From: an uncultured Victivallales bacterium
GTDB taxonomy: Bacteria; Verrucomicrobiota; Lentisphaeria; Victivallales; JAADHT01
NCBI GenBank assembly: GCA_964486565.1
Contig: CAZANS010000001.1
Coordinates: forward strand, 1-38,283
Length of the DNA stretch: 38,283 bases
Reading direction: 5' to 3'
Within the stretch, counting starts at the first letter, position 1; each line of letters starts with the position of its first letter. The notes beneath the pieces were generated by a model. It did not search any database, had not been told where the DNA came from, and saw only the letters and a list, made by a program, of their open reading frames with translations. The position numbers were made by a program, and so were the translations under genes. Shown here one piece after another: positions 1 through 9,171 of this stretch.

Positions 1-228
1 GAAATGGTTGACGCGGCTCTGGCAGGGGATTTCATAAGGGCTTCAAGCCTGCATCGAGGTTTGTATCCGTTCTTCCGCGACATCTTCCTCGAGACCAACC
101 CCATCCCCATCAAGGCTGCGATGGCCAGCAAGGGGCTTGTCAGAGAGGAGTATCGCCTGCCGTTATGCCCTATTGGCCAGCCCAACATGGAAAAACTCCT
201 CAAGACGATGCAGAGAATCGGCATCTGA
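1..228 (+). CDS. dapA: 4-hydroxy-tetrahydrodipicolinate synthase, C-terminal fragment (gene begins upstream of the window)
   Basis: The frame is open from base 1 to TGA at 226-228. The tail FLETNPIPIKAAMASKGLV..EYRLPLCP matches the conserved DapA C-terminus (NPIPxK ... RLPL). Confidence 0.8.
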   Translation, partial: EMVDAALAGDFIRASSLHRGLYPFFRDIFLETNPIPIKAAMASKGLVREEYRLPLCPIGQPNMEKLLKTMQRIGI

Positions 229-274
229 CCGGGTTGAGTTCTGAAATTATTGACATAGGGGAAGATTCGAGCCG

Positions 275-2821
275 ATGAACAAGCATGTGAAATTCCGTTA
301 CAAGCGCAGGCTGGTCATCTACTCGGCGCTGTTTTTTCTGATAGTCTTCTGCATCGTGGACTTCTATCTTGAGACCCGCGGTTTGCCTGAAAGCATTGCC
401 GAACCCATCAGGGCCAAGTTGCGCGAGCTGGGGCTTGAACTAGACTTTGACAAGGCCAGGTTAGGGGTTGTAAACGGTATAAACCTCAGCAATCCTGTGT
501 TGCGTACTGACGGGAGAGAGGATTTTTTTTTCCGGGCACACACGCTGAAACTTGGTTTCTCACTTGCGCCATCGCGCAGTTATCTTGTACGCATAAGCTA
601 TCTTGAGGTAAAGGACGGCGCCACAAGGTTCACGCTTTTCCCAGAGGCCGGGGAGGAGGGGGCAAACGACTGCATAAGCATCGAGAATTTCAACGCCGCT
701 GTATATGTCGAGGCGGACGAGGTCTCGATAAAATATCTTTATGGCAATCTCGACCCATTCGATTTCTCAGCCGCAGGATCATTCAGAAACATACCCTTTC
801 CAGAGTTCATGTCCCAACCGGGAAAGTCAAAGAAGGGAGCATCCTCACAGTTTAACCCCTCATCCATGTTGCGGAAGATCCCTTATCTCACGCGCGCGAG
901 GATATATCGGGAGATAATCGGGCTCCGGCAGGAGGACATCTCCCGTGGCGGCAGGCCGGCTTGCCGCCTTGTTTTCAATCTTGACGCAAGTTCGCCGGAA
1001 ATCAGCACTATAAAGGCAAACGTTTCAATCCCCGCATTCTCCGTCGGGGATTTCAAGATCACCTCGTTAAAAGGGCTTGTATCGCTCAACCAATACATCA
1101 TGCGTCTTGACAATCTGAACATGACCTTCCCGGAGGGTGGAAGCGCAGAAATAACAGCATCCCTCGACCTTTTCAAAAATGAGATTACCGGGAGGATGGC
1201 CGTCCTCATGCTTCCAGGCGAGTTCGCTAAGCTGACCCAAGGCAGGGACGTGTTCCAAATCCCTGAATCTATTGCTATCCATAACGAGCCATTCAGCATG
1301 GAGTCCAGATTGGAAAACTTCTCCATGGACTCCAAAAAATTCACCGGCGACCTGTCGGTTGCCATCCCTTCACTCTCAATAAAAAATATTCCGGTGAGGG
1401 ATTTCAAGGCGGATATCAGTGTTTCCGACAAGGTGTTCAGCACACACAGCTTCTCCTTCAGCACAGACAGCAGCAGCGTGGCGGGAGGTTTCAGATACCA
1501 CTTCAACGACGAGACGGCTGAAGCAAGCATCGTGTGCAAAGGCTCCCCAATGGTATTCATGGGGATCCTGCCTGAGGAATTCAAGAAAGTTCTGGACGAG
1601 TTCTCCAGCGAATTCGTATTGCCTTCCGACCCGGAGGATATCGAGATCAAGGCCAATGTCCACGCGCAGCTCGGAAAACCCAAACCTTTCATATTCGCCT
1701 CAGGCGTGGCGGCAATAAACAAATTCTCTTTCCGTGAAATAAACTTCACCAGCGGGATTGCAACGTTCTACCTGGATTCGGAATCTCTTTTCATAATTCC
1801 CGCAATGACCCTGCACAAGACCGACTCGATGGCCACTTTAGCTTTGGTATACGACAACAGCGACGACTACAGGAACGACCTTGAGTCGGATTACTTCAAA
1901 GACTCTGGGAAGCATAACGACAGGTTCTTATCCGAGATCAACGGCAATCTGCCGGGAGACGAGCTGTTGAAATGCATCTTCAGCTTTTGGGAGAGCGGGA
2001 CTTTGGTGATGGACAAGCCCATGCACGTGGAAGCAGGCGGAATCGTTGATTTCATCAACATACCAAACACCATCTACAGAGTAAAAATCATAGATTCTCC
2101 CGCCGAGTGGTCCCAGTTGCCGGTCGAGAACTTCAGCGCGGATCTCTTCTTCAAAGGCTACGAGATGTTCATCAAGGACGGACGGGGCAAACTTTATGGC
2201 GGCGACATGCAGATTGATTTCTTCATGGACTTGGAGACCTGGGCTGGAAAACTGGAGCTCGACATCGAAAACTCCGCCCTAGCCAGACTGAGCGAGTTCG
2301 TCGGGGAGGATATGGGCAGACAGGACAAAGGGAAGTTGTCTATTTCCTTGCGCAACGATTTCATAATAGAGGATACAGAAGAGGGAATTGACAGGACTTC
2401 CATAACTGGCAGCGGAAGAGTATGGGTCAAAGAAGCCGATCTCTGGGATATACCGATAATCAACGAGTTTGGCGAGCTGACTGCAAAGTTCACCGGAAGG
2501 GACTGGGGAAACATCACTACACTCGACGCAGATCTCGAATTCCGCAAGGATCACGTGTTCTCAGACAACATCAGGACAGATGGCACCGTAATAAGCCTGA
2601 CCGCCAAGGGAGCATTCTTCTGGGAAAACGACGACTTCAACTTCACTATACAGGCAAGATTGCTGGAATCGGCGCTGCCGCTTAAGCTGTCAAGAATATT
2701 CAACCCCCTGGCATGGATCCTGGAAAGCAGGGTCCGGCGACAGGGAAACCAGACAAAGTGGGAAAGAATCCACAAAGTAAGGAAGTTGCTGACACGGGAA
2801 TCGGATGATCCGGGGCGCTGA
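275..2821 (+). CDS. Large (848 aa) membrane-anchored hypothetical protein; one N-terminal TM helix followed by a long, probably beta-rich extracytoplasmic region
   Basis: Long uninterrupted ORF with an ATG start. N-terminal hydrophobic segment LVIYSALFFLIVFCIVDFYL. I recognise no catalytic motif. The architecture recalls AsmA/TamB-like proteins, but that is only an impression. Confidence 0.7.
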   Translation: MNKHVKFRYKRRLVIYSALFFLIVFCIVDFYLETRGLPESIAEPIRAKLRELGLELDFDKARLGVVNGINLSNPVLRTDGREDFFFRAHTLKLGFSLAPSRSYLVRISYLEVKDGATRFTLFPEAGEEGANDCISIENFNAAVYVEADEVSIKYLYGNLDPFDFSAAGSFRNIPFPEFMSQPGKSKKGASSQFNPSSMLRKIPYLTRARIYREIIGLRQEDISRGGRPACRLVFNLDASSPEISTIKANVSIPAFSVGDFKITSLKGLVSLNQYIMRLDNLNMTFPEGGSAEITASLDLFKNEITGRMAVLMLPGEFAKLTQGRDVFQIPESIAIHNEPFSMESRLENFSMDSKKFTGDLSVAIPSLSIKNIPVRDFKADISVSDKVFSTHSFSFSTDSSSVAGGFRYHFNDETAEASIVCKGSPMVFMGILPEEFKKVLDEFSSEFVLPSDPEDIEIKANVHAQLGKPKPFIFASGVAAINKFSFREINFTSGIATFYLDSESLFIIPAMTLHKTDSMATLALVYDNSDDYRNDLESDYFKDSGKHNDRFLSEINGNLPGDELLKCIFSFWESGTLVMDKPMHVEAGGIVDFINIPNTIYRVKIIDSPAEWSQLPVENFSADLFFKGYEMFIKDGRGKLYGGDMQIDFFMDLETWAGKLELDIENSALARLSEFVGEDMGRQDKGKLSISLRNDFIIEDTEEGIDRTSITGSGRVWVKEADLWDIPIINEFGELTAKFTGRDWGNITTLDADLEFRKDHVFSDNIRTDGTVISLTAKGAFFWENDDFNFTIQARLLESALPLKLSRIFNPLAWILESRVRRQGNQTKWERIHKVRKLLTRESDDPGR

Positions 2822-2824
2822 AGC

Positions 2825-3316
2825 CTATTCCCTGGAAGCCTCAGTGCTGTCAGCCGTCTTTTCGGCTCCGGAAGCATCACCCTCCAACTTGGCTGATTCA
2901 GCGACTCCCTTGTTGTCCTTGACGCCCTTCGACTTCTTAGGCTTGGAGGAAGACTTACCTTCCTGCTCAACCCATTGGAGCAGGCACATGTCTGCTCCGT
3001 CACCGGTCCTTTGACCAGTCCGGACTATCCGCGTATAGCCGCCTTCACGGCCGCTGTATTTGGGAGCTATCTCGCTGAACAGCAAAGCCACAGCGGCCTT
3101 GTCTCTGAGACGAGAAACTGCCAAACGCCTCCTGTGGAGATCCCCGGTCTTGCCTAGTGTCACCATCTTTTCCGCAAGTCTGCGGGTCTCCTTGGCTTTT
3201 GTGACGGTCGTGCGGATCTCACCTTCCGTTATCAGGCTGCAAACCTGATTCGCCAGAAGAGACCTGCGATGCGCGCCCGACCTGCCGATCTTGAATGTAT
3301 GCTTTCGATGACGCAT
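2825..3316 (-). CDS. rplQ: 50S ribosomal protein L17, with a roughly 45-aa K/E/S-rich C-terminal extension
   Basis: MRHRKHTFKIGRSGAHRRSLLANQVCSLI..TTVTKAKE.RR.AEK is the canonical L17 N-terminus. AAGGAA lies upstream of the ATG, and the gene follows rpoA as in the alpha operon. Confidence 0.95.
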   Translation of the reverse strand: MRHRKHTFKIGRSGAHRRSLLANQVCSLITEGEIRTTVTKAKETRRLAEKMVTLGKTGDLHRRRLAVSRLRDKAAVALLFSEIAPKYSGREGGYTRIVRTGQRTGDGADMCLLQWVEQEGKSSSKPKKSKGVKDNKGVAESAKLEGDASGAEKTADSTEASRE

Positions 3317-3328
3317 TGTTATTCCTTA

Positions 3329-4354
3329 CTAGTTTTCGTTCTTAACCGGTGTCTTCAGCCTCTCCGCCTCGGCATCCAGAGCGGCAAGAAGCTGGTCGCT
3401 CATCTGCATGCCAAGAGACAGCCCGAAATCCTCAAGCTTGCCCTTGATCTCGTCAAGGGACTTCTTGCCGAAGTTGCGGTACTTCAGCATCTTAGCCTCG
3501 GTCTTGTTGCAAAGTTCGCCAAGAATCTTGATCTCGGCGTTGTTCAGGCAGTTCTGAGCCCTTACCGAAAGCTCAATATTCTCTACAGGCTGGATCAATA
3601 TCTTGTAAAGCTTCTGATCTTCCTCGGACATCACGGCAATGGAGTCGTCTTCGCCTATCTGGCCTCCAAAGAACGGACGCAGATGCTCCTGCATGATCCT
3701 GGCAGCATCTTCCAGAGCCGACTGCGGGCCGACTCGACCGTCAGTCCATATTTCCATGTGCAGACTGTCCATCTCCGTCTCCTCGCCTACCCTTGCCGCA
3801 CCGACATCGTACCTCACCCTCGAAACTGGGCTGTAAAGGGAGTCTATTGGTATCGTGCCTATGGGATGATCCTCACTCTTGTTCTTATCAGAAGGCACAT
3901 ATCCGCGGCCTTTTGATATCTCGAGCTCGGCTCGGAATGAAACCTTCTTGTCGAGTGTGCAGATTATCTGCTCGGGATTAAGAACCTCTACTGTGCCGTC
4001 GGTAATGATGTCGCCCGCGGTTACCGGACCGGCAACATCCTTGCGAAGCTCCAAAACCTTCGGGGAATCAGAATGAAGCATCAGCTTGACTCTCTTGAGG
4101 TTGAGGACTATCTCAGTGACATCCTCTATCACATTCGGCATCGTCGCGAACTCGTGCGAAACACCGTCTATCCTCATCGCCTTGATCGCGGCTCCCTCCA
4201 GCGACGAAAGAAGTATCCGACGCAGCGAATTGCCCAGTGTATGCCCGAAACCGGCCTGCAGCGGCTCGATCGTGAATCTGCCATAAACACCTGTGGCGCT
4301 CTCCTCGTCAAGCTGAACCGACTTCGGTACAGGAAATCCAGAAACAAATGCCAT
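3329..4354 (-). CDS. rpoA: DNA-directed RNA polymerase alpha subunit
   Basis: Contains FTIEPLQAGFGHTLGNSLRRILLSSLEGAAI and a C-terminal domain ELSVRAQNCLNNAEIKILGEL..KTE..ML..RNFGKKSLDEIK. I chose the ATG at 4352-4354 because AGGAGGAA lies 5 nt upstream; the track ORF extends 13 codons further to 4393. Confidence 0.95.
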   Translation of the reverse strand: MAFVSGFPVPKSVQLDEESATGVYGRFTIEPLQAGFGHTLGNSLRRILLSSLEGAAIKAMRIDGVSHEFATMPNVIEDVTEIVLNLKRVKLMLHSDSPKVLELRKDVAGPVTAGDIITDGTVEVLNPEQIICTLDKKVSFRAELEISKGRGYVPSDKNKSEDHPIGTIPIDSLYSPVSRVRYDVGAARVGEETEMDSLHMEIWTDGRVGPQSALEDAARIMQEHLRPFFGGQIGEDDSIAVMSEEDQKLYKILIQPVENIELSVRAQNCLNNAEIKILGELCNKTEAKMLKYRNFGKKSLDEIKGKLEDFGLSLGMQMSDQLLAALDAEAERLKTPVKNEN

Positions 4355-4493
4355 GTCCGTTCCTCCTAGAGACCTCTGGTGCTTCATTATCACAAAAGGT
4401 CAATTATTCTTTCTACAAACATTTTCCAAAACAAAAGACAATAACTTCGGTACTCAAAAGAATATCGCCCCCCCCAGCGCCAACCCGCAACCG

Positions 4494-4991
4494 CTAGACC
4501 CTTCTTCTCTTGGGCGGCTTGCAGCCGTTGTGCGGAACCGGTGTGATGTCCTTCAGAGTAGTTATCTCCATTCCTGAGGCGGCAATCCCTCGCACGGCTG
4601 ATTCGCGTCCCGCGCCAGGGCCTTTTATCCTTACCTCCACCTCCCTCATCCCCAGAGCCTGTGCCTTCTTCGCAGCGTCCGTCGCTACAACCTGAGCCGC
4701 GTAGGCGGTGCTCTTGCGCGAACCTTTCATCCCGATCTTGCCTCCGCTCGACCAGCACAAGGTGTTGCCGTGCAGATCCGTGAAGGTCACTTTGGTGTTG
4801 TTGAATGTGGCGTTGACGACCGCAATCCCCGAGGGGATGGAGCGCGCGCCCTTGGCTCTCTTGACCGTTGTGGATGCCGCATCCGAGCCTTCAGGTCCCT
4901 CTGAATCCTGGGAGTCAGCAATGTCTCCCGTCAAGGTCTGCTCTTCGTTGTCGACCGGAATGTCCGCAACACTATTTTCTTTTTCCGCCAT
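4494..4991 (-). CDS. rpsK: 30S ribosomal protein S11, with a roughly 36-aa acidic N-terminal extension
   Basis: Contains [22 protein letters not shown]...[11 protein letters not shown]...[20 protein letters not shown]-like motifs. No alternative in-frame ATG lies downstream of 4991. Confidence 0.95.
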   Translation of the reverse strand: MAEKENSVADIPVDNEEQTLTGDIADSQDSEGPEGSDAASTTVKRAKGARSIPSGIAVVNATFNNTKVTFTDLHGNTLCWSSGGKIGMKGSRKSTAYAAQVVATDAAKKAQALGMREVEVRIKGPGAGRESAVRGIAASGMEITTLKDITPVPHNGCKPPKRRRV

Positions 4992-5039
4992 TGAATTATA
5001 ACCTTATTATTATATATAATTTGGAGCCCCCGCTAACTT

Positions 5040-5435
5040 CTAGTTGCCAGCGAGCTTGCGTTGAGTCTTGTCTCTAATTGCCCCTACAGTCTGCTTGCGT
5101 CCCTTGCGGGTGCGCGCGTTCGTCTTTGTGCGTTGACCGCGCACAGGCAGGCCGCGCCGGTGACGGAACCCACGGTAGGAGCCTATGGTCTGTAGCCTCC
5201 GGATATCCTGGGCGATCATTCGTCTAAGATCACCCTCGACCGTAAGCTCGTTCTGAAGGATGGAAGTTATCTTCGTGATGTGGTCGTCGGTTAGCTCGGA
5301 AGCGCGGAGCCCCTTCGGAACTCCAGCCTTCTTGGCTATCTCCAGCGCCCTGGCAGGCCCAACCCCGTAGATGTAACGCAGAGAATATTCTATCCTCTTG
5401 TTGCCGGGAATGTCAACTCCAAGTATTCGTGGCAT
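5040..5435 (-). CDS. rpsM: 30S ribosomal protein S13
   Basis: MPRILGVDIPGNKRIEYSLRYIYGVGPARA...SYRGFRHRRGLPVRGQRTKTNARTRKG. GAGGAA RBS upstream. Confidence 0.95.
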   Translation of the reverse strand: MPRILGVDIPGNKRIEYSLRYIYGVGPARALEIAKKAGVPKGLRASELTDDHITKITSILQNELTVEGDLRRMIAQDIRRLQTIGSYRGFRHRRGLPVRGQRTKTNARTRKGRKQTVGAIRDKTQRKLAGN

Positions 5436-5457
5436 AATTTATTCCTCAAATATTATA

Positions 5458-5574
5458 TTAACCCTGCCTTTGCTTATGGCGGGCATTGCGTGGACACAGG
5501 ACCCTAATGATCCCCTTTCGCTTGATTATCTGACAGTGCTCGCACCGCCGTTTCACAGAGGCTCTGACTTTCAT
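5458..5574 (-). CDS. rpmJ: 50S ribosomal protein L36 (38 aa; too short for the ORF track)
   Basis: Hand translation of the reverse complement gives [41 protein letters not shown] is at 5572-5574 and TAA at 5458-5460, 22 nt upstream of rpsM. Confidence 0.9.
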   Translation of the reverse strand: MKVRASVKRRCEHCQIIKRKGIIRVLCPRNARHKQRQG

Positions 5575-5767
5575 TTGCTACAACCTGTTTATCTTATGAC
5601 ACCAAAAAATGACTTTCCAAGGCTCCGAGGCACCCCGAAGAGCACAGGAGACCCTCGCTTTTTACGCAAGCGGACACGTAAAATAACCGTTTCTCGAATA
5701 TAGTCAAGCCACTTCGGAAGGAAAAATCAAAGAATTTTCAGGAAAGGGGTGGCAGGTGGATTAAACC

Positions 5768-6025
5768 CTAGAAGCCCAAGCTGCAGGAGCCTATGTCGCC
5801 GGAGATATGCTGATGGTGCTCCCTTGCGACCCAACCGCTCACTATCGGCTCGATAAGAAAATCCTCCAGCTCGTCCGTGAGGTCAAGCTCGCATGAACAG
5901 TAGGGACACAAGGAGAAGTACTCAATGTCGGTGCGGTTCAGCAACTCATGGCATGCCGGGCAAACCAGCATCCTTTTCATCGGGTAACCCGATATCTTGA
6001 ACTTGTAGGACCTATGCTGCTTCAT
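5768..6025 (-). CDS. Small hypothetical protein with a CxxC...CxxC zinc ribbon
   Basis: 85-aa ORF with CPACHELL...CPYCSCEL. It sits between the ACP-like gene and the rpmJ promoter region. I recognise no family. Confidence 0.5.
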   Translation of the reverse strand: MKQHRSYKFKISGYPMKRMLVCPACHELLNRTDIEYFSLCPYCSCELDLTDELEDFLIEPIVSGWVAREHHQHISGDIGSCSLGF

Positions 6026-6100
6026 GTCGATATTCTATCACAATCAATGTCAGATGTCAACCTTTAACCGGAAGGAATTCAGGTATTGCAAGGGCAAGGT

Positions 6101-6352
6101 CTATTTGCCTGCAAGCTTCGGCTCGAGATATTCAATGCAGCTATCCAGAGTCGCCAGCCGCGGATAATCCTCCTCTGGGACCTCCACTCCATATTGCTTT
6201 CTAAGCTCCATGACAATATCCAGGAAATCCATTGAGTCCAGATCCAGCTGCTCTCTGAGTTTTTGGCCGGCATCCAGCCCGGAGCAGTCGCCTTCAGGCA
6301 GGATGTCCTCGATAATTCCGACTATCGCCCCGGATATCTCTTCCTTTGTCAT
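6101..6352 (-). CDS. Acyl carrier protein-like (phosphopantetheine attachment site)
   Basis: 83 aa starting at the ATG at 6350-6352. LDLDSMDFLDIVMELRKQYGVEVPEED is a typical ACP helix II with the DS(M/L)D serine. The upstream 53 codons of the track ORF look non-coding (C/W/F-rich). Confidence 0.75.
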   Translation of the reverse strand: MTKEEISGAIVGIIEDILPEGDCSGLDAGQKLREQLDLDSMDFLDIVMELRKQYGVEVPEEDYPRLATLDSCIEYLEPKLAGK

Positions 6353-6587
6353 ATCTTTACCCTCTTCTCGTTCATTAAGATAAACAAAACCGGCAGGACC
6401 ATGCCTGCAGTCAGCTTGCCGAAGCAAGAACCATAAAACGGCTTGTAATCTAGCACATGATCCGGGCGCTGCAAGAAGGCAAAAGCAATCTTGCCAGAAA
6501 AAACATGGCAACAGGCCCTGCGCCGCTTGAAAAAAAATCCTGACTGTGTAGATTCACGGCTGAAAATGAAATGTCAAGGAGCAAAAT

Positions 6588-7298
6588 ATGATAAGACTTC
6601 CAATTAATGACGGCGATACTTCCTACGACCTTGCCCCCTCCAAGATCATTGCCCTGGGCAAGAACTATCTCGACCACATAAAGGAGCACTCGAAGATCAA
6701 CGTCTCAAATTTCGATGACGCCATCCCCGCCGAGCCAGTCCTCTTCGCCATCACCCCGAACGCCCTGGTCGGACACGGGGACCCCATCGTCATACCTTCA
6801 TTACTGAAGGGATACTCATTCGAATCACCGTCACGGGTGGACTACGAGGCCGAGCTGGCATTCGTCATCTCAAGACGATGCAAGAACATCCCGGAGGAGG
6901 ACGCGCTGGGCTATGTCATGGGATACACCTGCCTGAACGACGTGAGCCAGAGGAACCTCCAGAAGAGCGACATCTCCGGCTGGTTCAGGGGCAAATCCCT
7001 CGACACCTTCGCCCCTGTTGGCCCCAGGCTAGTGACCCCGGACAAGATCGGCGACCCACAGAACCTCCGTCTTTCATGCCGGCTGAACGGCAAGACCGTC
7101 CAGGAATCCAGAACCTCGATGATGATATTCAACATACCCAAGATGATAGCCTTCATCTCTAGAAACTTCACGCTCGAGCCCGGAGACCTGATAACCACAG
7201 GCACACCCGCAGGTGTCGGCCCGATCAAGCACGGGGACATAGTCGAGGTCGAGATCGAGAACATCGGTGTCCTCAGCAACGACGTCGTCGAGGAATAA
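6588..7298 (+). CDS. Fumarylacetoacetate hydrolase (FAH) family protein
   Basis: Contains DYEAELAFVI...GYTCLNDVSQRNLQ...W.RGKSLDTFAPVGP...PGDLITTGTPAGVG. AAGGAG RBS before the ATG. Confidence 0.9.
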   Translation: MIRLPINDGDTSYDLAPSKIIALGKNYLDHIKEHSKINVSNFDDAIPAEPVLFAITPNALVGHGDPIVIPSLLKGYSFESPSRVDYEAELAFVISRRCKNIPEEDALGYVMGYTCLNDVSQRNLQKSDISGWFRGKSLDTFAPVGPRLVTPDKIGDPQNLRLSCRLNGKTVQESRTSMMIFNIPKMIAFISRNFTLEPGDLITTGTPAGVGPIKHGDIVEVEIENIGVLSNDVVEE

Positions 7299-7381
7299 GG
7301 GGCTTGGAGCGCAGGGATGCTCCGCCGGCGCAGTCCTGTCCAAGGAAGTGACCTTGAACCCGTGATCGGCGAGGCCCTTGA

Positions 7382-7447
7382 CGAAATGCCTGGTGCATAC
7401 CGTCAACTGTCTGTGCCCGCTATTTCATCGTGGCGAATGCCTTGCCT
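7382..7447 (+). repeat. Interspersed repeat family R2, module A, copy 1
   Basis: 66 nt, cgaaatgcctggtgcataccgtcaactgtctgtgcccgctatttcatcgtggcgaatgccttgcct. By eye it matches the reverse complement of 18186-18251 at 59/66 positions. It overlaps the last codons of the 7420-8139 gene. Confidence 0.8.
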
Positions 7448-8139
7448 GAGATGCAATCCATCCAGTGCTCTAGGAAGAATTTCTTTTCTTGGGGGAGCAG
7501 GTCTTCGGAGGTGCCGACAAGCGGGCGCAGGGCGGTCATCATCTGCAGGGAGGTGAGCAAAAATATCACGGCCCAGAATCTGACGAAGACAAGCTTTGTG
7601 GCATCTCTGCGCTTAATGGCCATATATATGAATCGGTTGCCGAAGGACAGGCTGACCAGCCAGAAGAGCAGGTGGAAGAACCCCATGAAGGCTATCCCGT
7701 TGGTGGACTGCGAGAACACCCATGCCACCGGAGCGAAACCGGTAAGCAGGATGGCGCAGAGGGTCAGGCTGCCAAGCATGATCGCGAAGGACTCACCGGG
7801 GGATATGTCGGCCTGGGCAAGGCAGGAGAAAATATAGAAGCTGGGGAAACAGAACAGCGCCGTGAGCGCGAGCCCCGCCCAGATTTTCAATGGCGCGAGA
7901 TATATCTGCGACCCGCCGGAGAAGCTGCCGACGACGGCTCCGTAAGCCAACATCCCTACGCTCAGGACAATCAGGATGCCGACCATTGTGCCCCATCGCT
8001 CGCCGCCCGGCTTGAGCCCGTCCACGAGTGCGGCGGGGTTCTTGAGCAGCACCTCCACTGTCCTCATCGGTCCGACAAGGCCTTGATTGTTCTTCCACGG
8101 CTCCCCTGACATGTTCCTTTCTTCCTGACTGGCATTCAT
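7420..8139 (-). CDS. Five-TM integral membrane protein (Yip1-like topology), paralog of 8213-8920; last gene of the membrane operon
   Basis: AAGGAGG lies 5 nt before the ATG at 8137-8139. About 5 hydrophobic helices. The C-terminal motif LRPLVGTSED..FFLEHW parallels LRPFIGTPGAPVEFFREAAFEGNF in the neighbouring gene. Confidence 0.8.
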   Translation of the reverse strand: MNASQEERNMSGEPWKNNQGLVGPMRTVEVLLKNPAALVDGLKPGGERWGTMVGILIVLSVGMLAYGAVVGSFSGGSQIYLAPLKIWAGLALTALFCFPSFYIFSCLAQADISPGESFAIMLGSLTLCAILLTGFAPVAWVFSQSTNGIAFMGFFHLLFWLVSLSFGNRFIYMAIKRRDATKLVFVRFWAVIFLLTSLQMMTALRPLVGTSEDLLPQEKKFFLEHWMDCISGKAFATMK

Positions 8140-8212
8140 TGCGACCTCCTTAATACTGTTATTCCCGATTCAATCTGTGATCCCGAATCTATTGAGCCAT
8201 GTCGCCTGCTAT

Positions 8213-8920
8213 TCAGAGCAGACGCAATGCTGTAATCCATACGATCTCTAAGAAATTCCCTTCGAATGCGGCTTCCCTGAAGAACTCCACGGGGGCGCCC
8301 GGGGTGCCGATGAAAGGCCTCAATATCCATGACAACTGTCCGCCGAGAAGAAGATTTACCGCCAGCCAAGCCAGGATTATCTGCGAGGCGTGGAGTCTTG
8401 ATTTGCCGACATGCTCGACCAGACGGTGCAGATGCAGGTTCGACATGGTCCCGGCGAAGGCTATTACCAGAACGATTGACAGCAGTATGGCCCTGTAGGC
8501 ACTGTTGGCGCCCTCCATGTCATCCATGGCTGGTGCGTTGAGAACCATGAAGATCACCAGCGTCGAGAGCGACCCGAGGATGATTGACGCGACAGCGAAC
8601 GACATGAGAACGGCCATAATGGACTTTCTGAAGCCTATCGGGACACCCAGAACCTGTGCGAGAGCCCCGTTGAGAATGCCGTTGCCAAGGGTGGTCAGCA
8701 GTATTAGCATTGGGAACTTCAGTGCGACGAAGGTAGCCTGCAGCGGTGCGCGCCAGATGCCCACGGCAAACCCGAACGAGCTGCTTCCAAGGATAATCCA
8801 GAAGAGACATGAAAAGAGTTTGCCGGTGTGGCCGGGCTCAAGCCATGCCGATAGCTCGCCGGGCTTTCCCCTGCAAAGGGTTGTCAGGTCTGCGCAGACT
8901 GCCTGTAAAAATGTCTTCAT
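8213..8920 (-). CDS. Five-TM integral membrane protein (Yip1-like topology), paralog of 7420-8139
   Basis: Its ATG at 8918-8920 overlaps the TGA of the upstream gene (ATGA). Same TM pattern and C-terminal LRPxxGT motif as 7420-8139. Confidence 0.8.
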   Translation of the reverse strand: MKTFLQAVCADLTTLCRGKPGELSAWLEPGHTGKLFSCLFWIILGSSSFGFAVGIWRAPLQATFVALKFPMLILLTTLGNGILNGALAQVLGVPIGFRKSIMAVLMSFAVASIILGSLSTLVIFMVLNAPAMDDMEGANSAYRAILLSIVLVIAFAGTMSNLHLHRLVEHVGKSRLHASQIILAWLAVNLLLGGQLSWILRPFIGTPGAPVEFFREAAFEGNFLEIVWITALRLL

Positions 8921-9171
8921 TTCATACTGAAAAGTGTCGCCGTGGCGATTCTAAGCAAGACGCATGCCGGTAGAAGGGTTATGACAAAGACGCGAAATGC
9001 GACGAATAGCAGTGCCGCGGCCATGTGAGAGATATCCGCCCCGCTGCCACGGGCAAGCAGCTTCGATGCAACATCGTTGCGCGAGCAGTAGACGGAAAGA
9101 ACATAGTATATCACCAGGATCAGCACTATCCCCGCCAGGTCTAGGAGGTGTCTTTTGTATGCTGTCTTCAT
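8917..9171 (-). CDS. Small (84 aa) two-TM membrane protein
   Basis: It has ATGA overlaps at both ends (9168-9171 and 8917-8920). Two hydrophobic helices: GIVLILVIYYVLSVY and AAALLFVAFRVFVITLLPACVLL. Confidence 0.65.
   Translation of the reverse strand: MKTAYKRHLLDLAGIVLILVIYYVLSVYCSRNDVASKLLARGSGADISHMAAALLFVAFRVFVITLLPACVLLRIATATLFSMK

Noticed and set aside
883-1749. 288-aa minus-strand ORF
   Set aside because: It lies entirely inside, and antisense to, the 848-aa plus-strand ORF. It has no RBS and no motifs. The plus-strand ORF is three times longer and uninterrupted.
2819-2827. Convergent stop codons of the 848-aa gene and rplQ, only 3 nt apart, with no room for a terminator
   Set aside because: Noted as a curiosity, since it implies overlapping convergent transcripts. 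Close convergent gene ends are common in compact genomes, and nothing further can be inferred from sequence alone.
6353-6511. 53-codon upstream extension of the ACP-like ORF
   Set aside because: C/W/F-rich sequence unlike ACPs. ACPs are about 80 aa, and the internal ATG at 6352 yields a canonical-length protein.
8136-8369. 77-aa minus-strand ORF bridging the two paralogous membrane genes
   Set aside because: It overlaps the 3' end of 8213-8920 out of frame. It has no RBS and its product is hydrophilic and R-rich. The downstream gene has its own strong AAGGAGG.
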